Assembly: GCA_963828195.1 (NCBI GenBank)
Contig: CAWHDT010000007.1
Coordinates: 128,001 to 192,000 of the forward strand
DNA: 64,000 nt
Origin: Candidatus Bathyarchaeota archaeon
GTDB taxonomy: Archaea > Thermoproteota > Bathyarchaeia > Bathyarchaeales > Bathycorpusculaceae
Direction of reading: 5' to 3'
Shown here in pieces: positions 10,344 through 19,044 of the stretch. Positions within the stretch are counted from its first letter, which is position 1; each line of letters starts with the position of its first letter. The position numbers were made by a program, and so were the translations under genes. Below the pieces are notes generated by a model. That model worked only from the letters and a program-made list of their open reading frames with translations, was not told the DNA's origin and did not search any database.

Positions 10344-10487
10344 AAGCATGGGAAAGTGTGCATTAGTGGTGTGCAATAAGCATGGGAAAGTGTGCAATAG
10401 CCGATTAACTGCTATTTGATGGTGTTATTGATGGTGTTATTCAGTATGGACGCATGGTGTTAATTGCACACTTGACATAACACCATG
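10344..10487. repeat. Cluster of direct and inverted repeats (att arm or origin-like)
   Basis: AAGCATGGGAAAGTGTGCA at 10344 and 10378; ATGGTGTTA at 10419, 10431 and 10454; perfect IR CATGGTGTTA(10453)/TAACACCATG(10478). Confidence 0.85.
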
Positions 10488-11006
10488 AAAAAAACCGAGA
10501 TAACAGTGGTTTTTAGTGCTTTTTCGGTTTCAGGTTGTTAAATCGGTGTTTACATCTGCATACGGGTTTCTTGGGGTTGTTTTAGTTAATTTTTGGGCTT
10601 TTTCTCCATTGAAAAAGACGGTTAAAAGACGGTGAATTAAGGATGTAATTTTAAAACTCGGTGTAGATTATAAACTTGGTTTACAAACTAATATTACTTA
10701 ACCATAACCTTTGTTAACTGCTTAATGGGAAAATATGCCCGTTTTTAACTAAAATTCACCGTTTTGTTATTAATCGGTAAAAACATTATTGATTCTCAAT
10801 AACTTAGTAATTATAACATAATTTTATAGAAAAATTTGTAATTTTTACAATTAACCAAACAATTACCGCTATCCGCTTCTAAACCTTTTCAATGTAGGTG
10901 CTTAAGTGTAGAACAGCATAGGCGGTTAGGTGTAAGAGTGGAAAGGCTTAAAAGCAGATAAGAACATTGTAGCAATCACGCCCAGCAAAGCATTTGAGGA
11001 TAGGGT

Positions 11007-11060
11007 TCCCGTCTACCACGCAAGGCGGGAGGCATTGGAAGTGAATTTTCCTTCTATGCC
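11007..11060 (+). other. Two consecutive hairpins in the putative 5' leader of the RHH gene
   Basis: TCCCGTCT..AGGCGGGA and GGCATTGGAAG..CTTCTATGCC stems (with G-U pairs) downstream of a BRE/TATA-like GAAAGGCTTAAAA near 10941. Confidence 0.5.
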
Positions 11061-11086
11061 TTTATCGTAATTGTGAGGTGAATTGA

Positions 11087-11230
11087 TTGGCAAAAATAAA
11101 TCTTGTCGTTTCTGACGAATTAGAAAAACAATTCCGAGAAGCGGTTTTTAAAAAGTATGGGATGAAGCGAGGGAACATAACAAAAGCAACTGATGAAGCT
11201 CTCCGAGATTGGATAAAAAAGACTGCTTGA
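11087..11230 (+). CDS. Ribbon-helix-helix DNA-binding protein (47 aa, not in the ORF track)
   Basis: TTG start after a GAGGTGA SD; MAKINLVVSDELEKQFREAVFKKYGMKRGNITKATDEALRDWIKKTA. Confidence 0.8.
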   Translation: MAKINLVVSDELEKQFREAVFKKYGMKRGNITKATDEALRDWIKKTA

Positions 11231-11254
11231 TTATTGCAGTTGACTATTTGACTT

Positions 11255-11437
11255 CTATGAGGCTTTCTGTCCTTTCTCTAAAATTACGTGACTATTGTCA
11301 GCCCACATAACAACAGTGTCGCCTTTCTTAAGGGTGAGATGTTCGGCTAATTCTTTCGGGATTGTAACCTTTAGGCTCTTACCGACCAACACAACGCTTA
11401 TTTTAAATTTCACGGGCATTTTTTCCAACCTTATCAC
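11255..11437 (-). CDS. AbrB/MazE/SpoVT family DNA-binding protein
   Basis: VGKSLKVTIPKELAEHL.LKKGD.V motif; likely start ATG 11419. Confidence 0.85.
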   Translation of the reverse strand: MIRLEKMPVKFKISVVLVGKSLKVTIPKELAEHLTLKKGDTVVMWADNSHVILEKGQKAS

Positions 11438-11438
11438 C

Positions 11439-11515
11439 GAGTATACTCTAAAGATATTCTTAAATATAAGTATATCTTATTAATACTGCTAAGAATATCT
11501 CTAAGATATTATAAG
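11439..11515. promoter_or_regulatory. Palindromic operator region between divergent regulators
   Basis: AGATATTCTTA(11452)/TAAGAATATCT(11490) inverted pair, GAGTATACTC palindrome and repeated TAAG..TAT..TTA units. Confidence 0.55.
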
Positions 11516-11518
11516 TGT

Positions 11519-11716
11519 GTGCGAGGAAACATGAATATGGAAACATCAAAAAAACCTCAATATATCCGCGTAAAAGCGGAAGCGTACAAAAGTCTTTTTG
11601 AGCAGTACCAACCTACCCTAAAAAAGATGGGAATTAATAGCCTTTCAAAATTAGTACGATGGTGCGCTAATGAAGGCAAACCCATAGTAGAAAAAAATCT
11701 AAAAGAACTCTGTTAG
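11519..11716 (+). CDS. Small basic putative DNA-binding protein (RHH-like)
   Basis: 65 aa; YIRV strand followed by helices, divergent from the AbrB gene. Confidence 0.5.
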   Translation: MRGNMNMETSKKPQYIRVKAEAYKSLFEQYQPTLKKMGINSLSKLVRWCANEGKPIVEKNLKELC

Positions 11717-11727
11717 AAAGTGAAAAA

Positions 11728-11826
11728 ATGAGCAAAGAAATATTTGATGCAATTTTGAACAGTGACGACGGCGACTATATTTTTAAAGCCTTAGTTCTAA
11801 AAGGCATGAAGTCAGACGGTTGGTAA
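11728..11826 (+). CDS. Small hypothetical protein (32 aa)
   Basis: MSKEIFDAILNSDDGDYIFKALVLKGMKSDGW*; fills the gap between two co-oriented ORFs. Confidence 0.35.
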   Translation: MSKEIFDAILNSDDGDYIFKALVLKGMKSDGW

Positions 11827-12428
11827 GAATGAACAAGAAACTTTCAGCAATCGCAGTTTTAGCATGTATAGCCATAAGTGCGGGGATAGCGTCAGCCCAG
11901 CAATTAGGCGCTTTCAATCAGACAAACGTCGTTAACAGCAACCCGACCGACAACATAGACTTAAGCAATTCTACTTTAAATTTGAACATCAACGGCGAAA
12001 ACTTGACAATCAGCAATCAACAGACCCCAGCCCCAACAACAACCCCGACACCGACAGCCGACCCACCGCCAAACCCACAAATTACAGTAACCCTCCTTAA
12101 CGTAGGTGACAATGACACCACTTTCACTTATCAAGCAACAGTCAACGACCCTTCTTATTACGCCAACATGACGATTTTGGCGCAGAACTTAGCGACAGTT
12201 TTACCGCAAGACTTCTATCTTAATTACGGGCTTCAAGAAGGACAATTTTCACTTATCAACGGCAACGGCACGTTTACAGTGACTTTCTTTATCAATCCTA
12301 ACGGGGCATCTTCAAGCAATCCAAACATAACAGCATCGGGCTTTCCCGATGCTACCAGCGGTACAGGACAAGACTTTATTCTCAACGATTTAACATTTTA
12401 TTTCGGTCACAATGCTTATGGCTTGTAG
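11820..12428 (+). CDS. Secreted protein with a Thr/Pro linker
   Basis: Signal peptide (MNKKLSAIAVLA...), TPAPTTTPTPT linker and several N-x-S/T sequons. Confidence 0.7.
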   Translation: MVRMNKKLSAIAVLACIAISAGIASAQQLGAFNQTNVVNSNPTDNIDLSNSTLNLNINGENLTISNQQTPAPTTTPTPTADPPPNPQITVTLLNVGDNDTTFTYQATVNDPSYYANMTILAQNLATVLPQDFYLNYGLQEGQFSLINGNGTFTVTFFINPNGASSSNPNITASGFPDATSGTGQDFILNDLTFYFGHNAYGL

Positions 12429-12628
12429 AAAAAACATATAACCAAAACAATCTCTCTTTCCCTTTTTAGAAAATATTTACTTACTTTTTCGCTACTTTTC
12501 CCCTTATTTTTGTGTGGAAAACGTATTTAAGCAGTGACTTTTAGCGTTTTCCGTAACTCTGACTCCTAAAAGGAGAAAACAAAAATGCGTATATTGAGTT
12601 TTGTTTTGGAGCGCTCGGGGGAACTTGC

Positions 12629-12808
12629 ATGGCAAGAATGAACCTGAAAAGGTTCGACCCCGACAATCCATTAACCCAAAAGCAGTATAGCCCAAAAATG
12701 ATAGAGCAACTTAAGCGGATGAAGGAAAAGCAAGAAGGCGGTCAAAGGTGGAAAAAACAACAACCGTGTTATGAGCATTGGTCTATCGACCATCGCAAAA
12801 CCGATTAG
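12629..12808 (+). CDS. Small hypothetical protein (59 aa)
   Basis: MARMNLKRFDPDNPL...; stop codon overlaps that of the convergent 12805 gene. Confidence 0.35.
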   Translation: MARMNLKRFDPDNPLTQKQYSPKMIEQLKRMKEKQEGGQRWKKQQPCYEHWSIDHRKTD

Positions 12809-13539
12809 CCAAGAGATTGCTCTATACGCTCTAACAATAATTGAGGGTCAAGCGTTTCAACAACAGTCACCCTTTCCACTCCTTTAAAAATCTCCTTCCA
12901 AACGTTTCTAAGGTCGCTTTTAAGCAAATCAACTTCGCTCTGTGAGACCTCTTCCGAGCCAAATTTTGAAAGCACACGAACGGTGTTTTCCTTAAGTAAA
13001 CCATGTGCAAGCGCATAGCTGATTACATCGTCTCTCCACTGCTTCCAATCTGCCGATTTTGTTCTTTTTAGCTTTTCGCCTAAAAAAGAAAGTATGTTGT
13101 CTGAGCTTTCTTTCCCCTGTGTCATGTTATAAACCTCAACCTCGGGTTTCTTGCTTGTTGGATTCCAAGAGAAGGCATAATCCCAATAACTACTGTTGAG
13201 AATGAAATCGGCTATTTCAAATTTCTCAAGGTACTTTGTGCCGTCAGTTGTGGCTTTGTATTTATGAGTTATTATGTTATGTTGAATGAACCCTTGTTTA
13301 ATTCCTTCTTGAAGTGCACTGCTTATAGTGGGTTTACTTGCGAATGTATGATACGTTCCCGATGGGTAGGTTCCTTTTTTTCTCAGGAGCGATTGAGGTA
13401 AGAGCGCTCCATTGCCGTCTTTGACCTTTAAGCTAAATTCCTTGTCGATTTCCCCGCGTCTCAATCCTTCGGGTTCTGTTTTTAATATTTCCAAGACTCG
13501 TAAGAGGATGACTTTTTTAGCTTTTTCTTTGCTCTGCAT
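12805..13539 (-). CDS. Putative winged-helix DNA-binding protein
   Basis: ILLRVLEILK..PEGL.R.EI ... SKPTISSAL..G...GFI ... YKATTDG pattern. Confidence 0.55.
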   Translation of the reverse strand: MQSKEKAKKVILLRVLEILKTEPEGLRRGEIDKEFSLKVKDGNGALLPQSLLRKKGTYPSGTYHTFASKPTISSALQEGIKQGFIQHNIITHKYKATTDGTKYLEKFEIADFILNSSYWDYAFSWNPTSKKPEVEVYNMTQGKESSDNILSFLGEKLKRTKSADWKQWRDDVISYALAHGLLKENTVRVLSKFGSEEVSQSEVDLLKSDLRNVWKEIFKGVERVTVVETLDPQLLLERIEQSLG

Positions 13540-13625
13540 TTTGCGACACCAATTTTGCTTTACTTAGTAAGAATGGCTTTACATTTTTATACTTTACGCT
13601 ACCACATGCATATTGGCGATAAAAT

Positions 13626-14279
13626 ATGAGTAAAAAAGAACTTGAGAATAATAAAGAAAAAAACACCGTTGAACCTGTAGGGGAACAACGGTTACCATCA
13701 ACAAACAACCTGAAAAAAAGACACCTTGAAGGACTGACAAAAGAAGCAACAGCCAAAAACATACCTCGCATATCATTGATAGACGAAGCCCTTGATGATT
13801 TCCTGAGAAAAATTAACGACGTTGCAGATATAGACCAAATGGATGCTGAAACAAGAAATTACTGGATAGAGCGAGACCTTGCAATTGTAAAAGCAAGATT
13901 GCCAATCGAGAAATGCAAAACAATGAACGCATACAAAAAAGCCTATTTGTACAGGAAACTTAAAGATGCAATCGACCGAAAAAGAGTAGGTTCCGCACTT
14001 GGTTTAGCAAAAGAATGGGATGAATTAAACCTAATTGCAGAAATACTTGACAAAGCGGCGAACCGCAATAAAGACGACGCAATAGTCAATTATTCATTAC
14101 CAAAAATCGCTAACGAAATCCGCATAGAACTCTCACAAATTCAGATTGAATTTTTGGCTTTGGTATTGGGGCAGAAAGCAGTAGATGACGTAAGAGCGCG
14201 TGCAAAAGGCAAATTTCCCGACCTGAAGCTTGACGAAGAACAAGACGCGGATTTTCCAATTGATGGAGAAACCGAATAA
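13626..14279 (+). CDS. Hypothetical helical protein
   Basis: 217-aa ORF with no recognised motif. Confidence 0.6.
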   Translation: MSKKELENNKEKNTVEPVGEQRLPSTNNLKKRHLEGLTKEATAKNIPRISLIDEALDDFLRKINDVADIDQMDAETRNYWIERDLAIVKARLPIEKCKTMNAYKKAYLYRKLKDAIDRKRVGSALGLAKEWDELNLIAEILDKAANRNKDDAIVNYSLPKIANEIRIELSQIQIEFLALVLGQKAVDDVRARAKGKFPDLKLDEEQDADFPIDGETE

Positions 14280-14305
14280 ACCAATTCTAAGGAGAAAAAA
14301 CCAAA

Positions 14306-14380
14306 ATGTCCGAAAAAACACAAAAAATCTTAGAAATCGCCGCTTTTCTCATAGTGGCGGTTTTAAGCCTAATCCTGTAG
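14306..14380 (+). CDS. 24-aa hydrophobic peptide
   Basis: AAGGAG upstream; MSEKTQKILEIAAFLIVAVLSLIL*. Confidence 0.4.
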   Translation: MSEKTQKILEIAAFLIVAVLSLIL

Positions 14381-14393
14381 AAAACGCAACGCT

Positions 14394-14627
14394 GTGAATA
14401 TGATGTCAAAAGTATTGCCGCCAAAACTGAGCAAATCTATTACTGACAACATTCAAAAACAGATAGGAGAAAAGGCGTTCGCCTACATCAAAGCCAATAA
14501 AACAGTCGTTATTCTTGCGGTAGCTGTCATTTTAGCCTTAATCATACTTTGCTTGTTGATGAGCAAGCCACAGCCTAACCAAGAATTAGCGCCTTCTTTG
14601 GGAAAAGTCATCGCTCAGGCAAACTAA
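14394..14627 (+). CDS. Small single-pass membrane protein
   Basis: 77 aa with one TM helix. Confidence 0.55.
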   Translation: MNMMSKVLPPKLSKSITDNIQKQIGEKAFAYIKANKTVVILAVAVILALIILCLLMSKPQPNQELAPSLGKVIAQAN

Positions 14628-14629
14628 AG

Positions 14630-16183
14630 GTGTCACTTATGAGTAACCGCCAACTTGCTTCGCCAAAACAGAGGCGCGGAGAAATAACAACAGATGAAGA
14701 TGTAAACCGCCTTTTTAGCCGCTTGAAAAAAGACAAGCCAGAGCCAGCCGACCCGAAAACAAACCCGTGGTTGGTGAAGCCCTTTAAAGGTGTTATTCGC
14801 GGCGACAAACATCAAAGCAGTTTACCACATGACGTTGAAGTAGAAATACGAAACGGAATGCAGTTTGCCGACTATTTGAACATCGCCAAAAACTCTTACC
14901 TCGCCTTAATCTACACTGATTTTCCCAATGGAGCGCCAAAAAGCGCTAAGACCCTTGCAGACGCAAAAGTCACCGAATACAACAAAACACTCTGTCACCT
15001 TTACATTGTGAAGAAATACGCAAACACAAAAACAGGTGAAATGTCCGACCAAGGTACAATGGTTGATAGGATGGGGCAATACCTCTACATGAAGTTCGGG
15101 CAAAAAGACCCCGCGCTATTCACTTTAGAAGATTTTCAAGAAGCCAAGAAAGACCCGCATTTCTATAACGAGCAAGGGAAAATCAAGTTTGACCCATTAT
15201 CTAAACTACGTTGCATAATGCAGTTCACAGCACTTCAAATTGAAGATTCCCCGCTGTCAAATAGACATTTCCAATTCCTTGAAGGTGACGAATGGGATAC
15301 CGCTGGAAAGAAAACAATCGGAGGCAAAAAAGACGACTATCTCCAAGAGCATGAACTCAAAGCGTTTGTTGAAAACATCAACGAAATTGACACACTCGTA
15401 CTTCACCGCTTAGGGCTGGAAGGTGGCGGAAGAATAAGCAGTCAATTGCTAATGGGTGTAAAATTGCCAAATGGCTATCTTTGTCAAGCATTTTGGGATT
15501 TGAACGCTATTTCAATGTTTGAACCGAAAGTGGAAGAAAGCAAGACAGGTGGAAAAGTAAAACGGTATTTCGCACCCGAAACAATGACGTTTTTCCAGCG
15601 ATACCTAAAAGACTACAACATTTCAGGGCAATGGTTCAAGCGTTACTCCTCAGAAGAACATAACTATGGAAGCTATAGCAGTAGCATTAAATCGGCAGGC
15701 TTTAGAGCGGGAATTTGGCGATTCAAGACATCTAAAAATGCTCAGGAACTTGTTCAAGGGGAAAAATTAGCATCTGACGGCAAGGTTTACAGGCTGAAAG
15801 AAGTAAGCAACAACCAAAAAGGCACTCAGAGCTTCCGTAAACAATGGATAACCGAGGGCAAATTGACAACAACGCACACCGTTATGAAACACACTTTCGT
15901 TAGTCTTGCAGGGCTTCATGGCTTAAGTTTAGATGATTGTGCAGAGCAATGCGGAACCGACCCAACAACCATACGCGACTTTTATCATGGCACATTAGGC
16001 GACAAATTGCGCTCAGTAATCTTAGGCGAAAAAACCTTTGAACCGTGGAAAGATTGGATACACCGATTCGTTGAGCCATTATACACCAAACGATACAATG
16101 AACTTAGAAGCCAAAACAAGATAGCCGTTGACCTCAAAGCAATCGCACAAGAAGAATTAGCTATGGCAGAGGTTGAAGCATAA
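14630..16183 (+). CDS. Divergent tyrosine recombinase/integrase-fold protein
   Basis: YL..HELKAF, LGLEGGGRISS (box I Arg), K in EPKVE, THTVMKHTFVS (box II-like) and AEQCGTDPTTIRDFY (Tyr). Confidence 0.65.
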   Translation: MSLMSNRQLASPKQRRGEITTDEDVNRLFSRLKKDKPEPADPKTNPWLVKPFKGVIRGDKHQSSLPHDVEVEIRNGMQFADYLNIAKNSYLALIYTDFPNGAPKSAKTLADAKVTEYNKTLCHLYIVKKYANTKTGEMSDQGTMVDRMGQYLYMKFGQKDPALFTLEDFQEAKKDPHFYNEQGKIKFDPLSKLRCIMQFTALQIEDSPLSNRHFQFLEGDEWDTAGKKTIGGKKDDYLQEHELKAFVENINEIDTLVLHRLGLEGGGRISSQLLMGVKLPNGYLCQAFWDLNAISMFEPKVEESKTGGKVKRYFAPETMTFFQRYLKDYNISGQWFKRYSSEEHNYGSYSSSIKSAGFRAGIWRFKTSKNAQELVQGEKLASDGKVYRLKEVSNNQKGTQSFRKQWITEGKLTTTHTVMKHTFVSLAGLHGLSLDDCAEQCGTDPTTIRDFYHGTLGDKLRSVILGEKTFEPWKDWIHRFVEPLYTKRYNELRSQNKIAVDLKAIAQEELAMAEVEA

Positions 16184-16226
16184 ATGTGTAGCCTTGAATG
16201 GGATAGAACCCGAAAAAAAGCCAAAC

Positions 16227-16258
16227 AGGTTAGCCTTCCAAAACTAACCTTCTCTTTT
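16227..16258 (+). terminator. Hairpin plus T-rich tract after the recombinase gene
   Basis: AGGTTAG-N10-CTAACCT followed by TCTCTTTT. Confidence 0.4.
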
Positions 16259-16276
16259 GTGTAGGAAGCGTTTTAC

Positions 16277-16990
16277 ATGGTCGCTGAATTACCAAAAGCC
16301 GTTAGACTCAACACCGATGCTTACTTAGAAGATAGTGATTTAATCAATAAAATACAAGCCGATTTAAATTTAGATAGCCGAAAAGAAGCCATACATTCTA
16401 TTTGCAACTACTATAGAAGCGAATCCGAAAGCGAGGAAACGGAGAAACAAAAATGCCAACACTTGTGCGGGGAATATTGCAGTAAAAACGCTGAGAAAAT
16501 AAAAAAGGTTGATGCGGATTACTGTCAAGCATGTCGGAAATCTCTAAGGGTTTCTCAACGGGAAATTGAAGAAAGAACCGCAAGCCTTGCTGATGCATTG
16601 AGACTTTGGCAATTAAAACGTGACTTCTTTGAGCGATTGGGCGTTGAAAACCCATCCTATTGTAATGAAGAATCATGTATAGCGCAAGGTGACAACATTT
16701 TAGCTCAGTTGGATGCTCAATTTTCAGAACTCAGAAAGCCCTTTGCGAGTACACTTGCAGAGATTGCTAACCTAAAAGCAGAACTTGAAAAGCTTGCACC
16801 GCTCGAAAATGACAACGATTTCCTAAAACAAGAGCTTGAACAGTTGAAGCATGAACCATTAGCCGAAAAGAACGCATGGCTTACAGTTGAAATCCAACAA
16901 AGAAACGCCGAGATAGAGAAGCTCAAAACTGAAAACGCCAAACAAGAAGCAACAATCAACGCCTATATGTTTCAGAGGAAAACCCAATGA
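16277..16990 (+). CDS. Coiled-coil protein with a Cys cluster
   Basis: Cys-rich segment (CQHLCGEYC..YCQAC) and a long C-terminal heptad region. Confidence 0.65.
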   Translation: MVAELPKAVRLNTDAYLEDSDLINKIQADLNLDSRKEAIHSICNYYRSESESEETEKQKCQHLCGEYCSKNAEKIKKVDADYCQACRKSLRVSQREIEERTASLADALRLWQLKRDFFERLGVENPSYCNEESCIAQGDNILAQLDAQFSELRKPFASTLAEIANLKAELEKLAPLENDNDFLKQELEQLKHEPLAEKNAWLTVEIQQRNAEIEKLKTENAKQEATINAYMFQRKTQ

Positions 16991-17778
16991 AATATCTGCT
17001 TTTAGTTCCGCTTCACAACGGCGCGCATCTTTTGCCTTTTTTCTTCGCATCGCTTAGAAGCATGAACCCAAAACCCGACTATATCGTTTGGTATCCCAAC
17101 AACAACACAGACGACACAGTTCAAACGCTAAAAACCTTCCAAGATATTCCGTCTGAAATCATTGAATTCCCTGATTTTCCGAGTGATTTTGCCAAACAAA
17201 ACGGTGCGTATGAAGCTATAAGCATTGTTCGCCAGCGTCTCTGGGAACGTGCCAGAGAACTCAATAGCGAATGGACGTTTATGTGCGACCAAGACCACTT
17301 TACCGTTTCACCTGACCTAATCGACATACTAAGCACTTGGAACGTTGACTTTGTTGTCACTCCCCAAATGCGTTTATGCCTTAATACGCAACCCCCAGAA
17401 ACAAGCTTAGACGCATGGTATTCTCTGAATGGAAAAGTAATGAAAGCGCACCCCAAGTTTTACACTCATGACCTAATTCCTCACAAACTAACCGTCTGTC
17501 GCATCGCAGAAGTACCAAAAGTACCTCTAATGCCAAACATGAAATTGGTACACGGATTTTACTGTTTCAGCCGTCGAATAGTACAAGACCGCCGTCAAAA
17601 TTGGAATCCTATGCTACCAACTGAATCAATCTATTATAGCGATGATACTGCGTTTGCTTACAGCGCCAGAAAACTCGGCTACATTATACACTGTGATGGC
17701 ATTGGCATCATCGACCATCTAATCTATGATGGAATAAGAGGGAAAGAAGTTTGGGAGCGCCGTTACATTGTTGTCTAA
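16987..17778 (+). CDS. GT-A fold glycosyltransferase (element-borne)
   Basis: LLVPLHN, NNNTDDT, R..LWE.A, CDQD (DxD) and SDD.AF motifs. Confidence 0.75.
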   Translation: MKYLLLVPLHNGAHLLPFFFASLRSMNPKPDYIVWYPNNNTDDTVQTLKTFQDIPSEIIEFPDFPSDFAKQNGAYEAISIVRQRLWERARELNSEWTFMCDQDHFTVSPDLIDILSTWNVDFVVTPQMRLCLNTQPPETSLDAWYSLNGKVMKAHPKFYTHDLIPHKLTVCRIAEVPKVPLMPNMKLVHGFYCFSRRIVQDRRQNWNPMLPTESIYYSDDTAFAYSARKLGYIIHCDGIGIIDHLIYDGIRGKEVWERRYIVV

Positions 17779-17782
17779 CACA

Positions 17783-17947
17783 ATGACGCCACAACAGCAA
17801 GAAACCCCTTTTTGGACTCAATACACTGCCAAATTTAGAGAAGAATACATATGCTTAAAATGCAAAAAGATAACCAATGAAAAAACCGAAAATTGCCCTG
17901 ATTGCGGCGGCGCTATGTGCGTTAGAATAGTCTCGCAAAGACTTTAA
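17783..17947 (+). CDS. Small zinc-ribbon protein (54 aa, not in the ORF track)
   Basis: YICLKC...NCPDCGG. Confidence 0.6.
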   Translation: MTPQQQETPFWTQYTAKFREEYICLKCKKITNEKTENCPDCGGAMCVRIVSQRL

Positions 17948-17972
17948 AGCCAAAACAACCTATTCCTTTTTT

Positions 17973-18239
17973 ATGGTTTCCAAAAAAACAAACGAACCTA
18001 TTTCAACCGAAAATACATCTGACTTGTCATATCTTGAGGGCAAAGTGACAATTACAAATATTCACCCTTTCCAGCGGCAGGGTTTTAAATGTCCTCATTG
18101 TGGCAGTAAGACTGAAATACTATATGTTGAAGACAAAAACGTTTACTTAGTGTGTGCTGGATGCGATAAGGACAAAGGATACGCTCCTTTTGTCGAGGGC
18201 AAACTAATTTTCAAAGGTGAAGGAATAAGAAAGCAGTAA
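17973..18239 (+). CDS. Zinc-ribbon protein
   Basis: CPHCG...CAGC. Confidence 0.6.
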   Translation: MVSKKTNEPISTENTSDLSYLEGKVTITNIHPFQRQGFKCPHCGSKTEILYVEDKNVYLVCAGCDKDKGYAPFVEGKLIFKGEGIRKQ

Positions 18240-18250
18240 TAACTTAAACT

Positions 18251-19003
18251 GTGATTTGGATAAAACTACGCAAAAAGGAGCAAGTGCAAGTAAAGATGAA
18301 TGAAGATAAGGGGCTTTCAATAGCTAAATCTAAACTGAATTTTCAGGGCGTGGTTGAGCTTCAAAAGAACCCGAAACTTTCTGACAACGCATCCACAGAA
18401 TCAAACTATGACTGTTCATATCACTGGATACGCTATAGGGAACAACTTAGTGATAATACTCTTTTTCATGAAGCTTGCCATGTCAAACTAAATGAAATAG
18501 GATTCAAAACGGTAGAACTGAGACTGGCTTCAAACAAAGACAGCTTTTCAGAGCTATCTTTGAAATTGGTTGCTGAAGCCTATGCAGACAGACTGTGCTT
18601 TGTATTTTTCAATGAGGCAGCCGAAGAAGTGCGTGAATGTTACTCAAAAATAGCCTATGGCAACCCCCTCACCATAAAGAACGCTTTAAATCCCCAAAAT
18701 TTAGGTGCCAGATTGTTATTCTTTGGCATGGCTCCTAGCTACATTATTGCTGAGAAGTGGAGCGGAAATAGAGACCCTCAAATAGTTATTAGCGCAAATT
18801 TTAAAGTAGTTTTGAAAAGGGGCAAATGTCTTGAATGTTTTGACGAGATGCTTAGAATAATGGCTCATCTCCCCCAAGTAAAAATTCAGGATGACTCAAT
18901 TCTTCAGTTTGCCGCTTCAGATTTAGACCGCATATACGTTTGCGTAGTTCAGCTTATAAGACAGCTTAAACGCCTAAATGATATGTTCAAAGTTGCTTCC
19001 TAA
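18251..19003 (+). CDS. HExxH putative metallopeptidase (ImmA/IrrE-like)
   Basis: TLFHEACH motif with downstream EAYAD. Confidence 0.5.
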   Translation: MIWIKLRKKEQVQVKMNEDKGLSIAKSKLNFQGVVELQKNPKLSDNASTESNYDCSYHWIRYREQLSDNTLFHEACHVKLNEIGFKTVELRLASNKDSFSELSLKLVAEAYADRLCFVFFNEAAEEVRECYSKIAYGNPLTIKNALNPQNLGARLLFFGMAPSYIIAEKWSGNRDPQIVISANFKVVLKRGKCLECFDEMLRIMAHLPQVKIQDDSILQFAASDLDRIYVCVVQLIRQLKRLNDMFKVAS

Positions 19004-19008
19004 AAAGC

Positions 19009-19044
19009 AGGGGTACCCCTTTAAGCGCCTTCGGCGCACGCTTA
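19009..19044. terminator. Palindrome and cUUCGg hairpin between convergent genes
   Basis: AGGGGTACCCCT perfect palindrome; GCGC-CTTCGG-CGC hairpin; outer TAAGCG/CGCTTA. Confidence 0.45.

Noticed and set aside
10344-10487. Possible mini-CRISPR array
   Set aside because: Repeats are 9-19 bp with irregular, too-short spacing and no cas genes
19009-19020. AGGGGTACCCCT as a protelomerase target
   Set aside because: Only 12 bp and located between convergent stops; a terminator or chance palindrome is simpler
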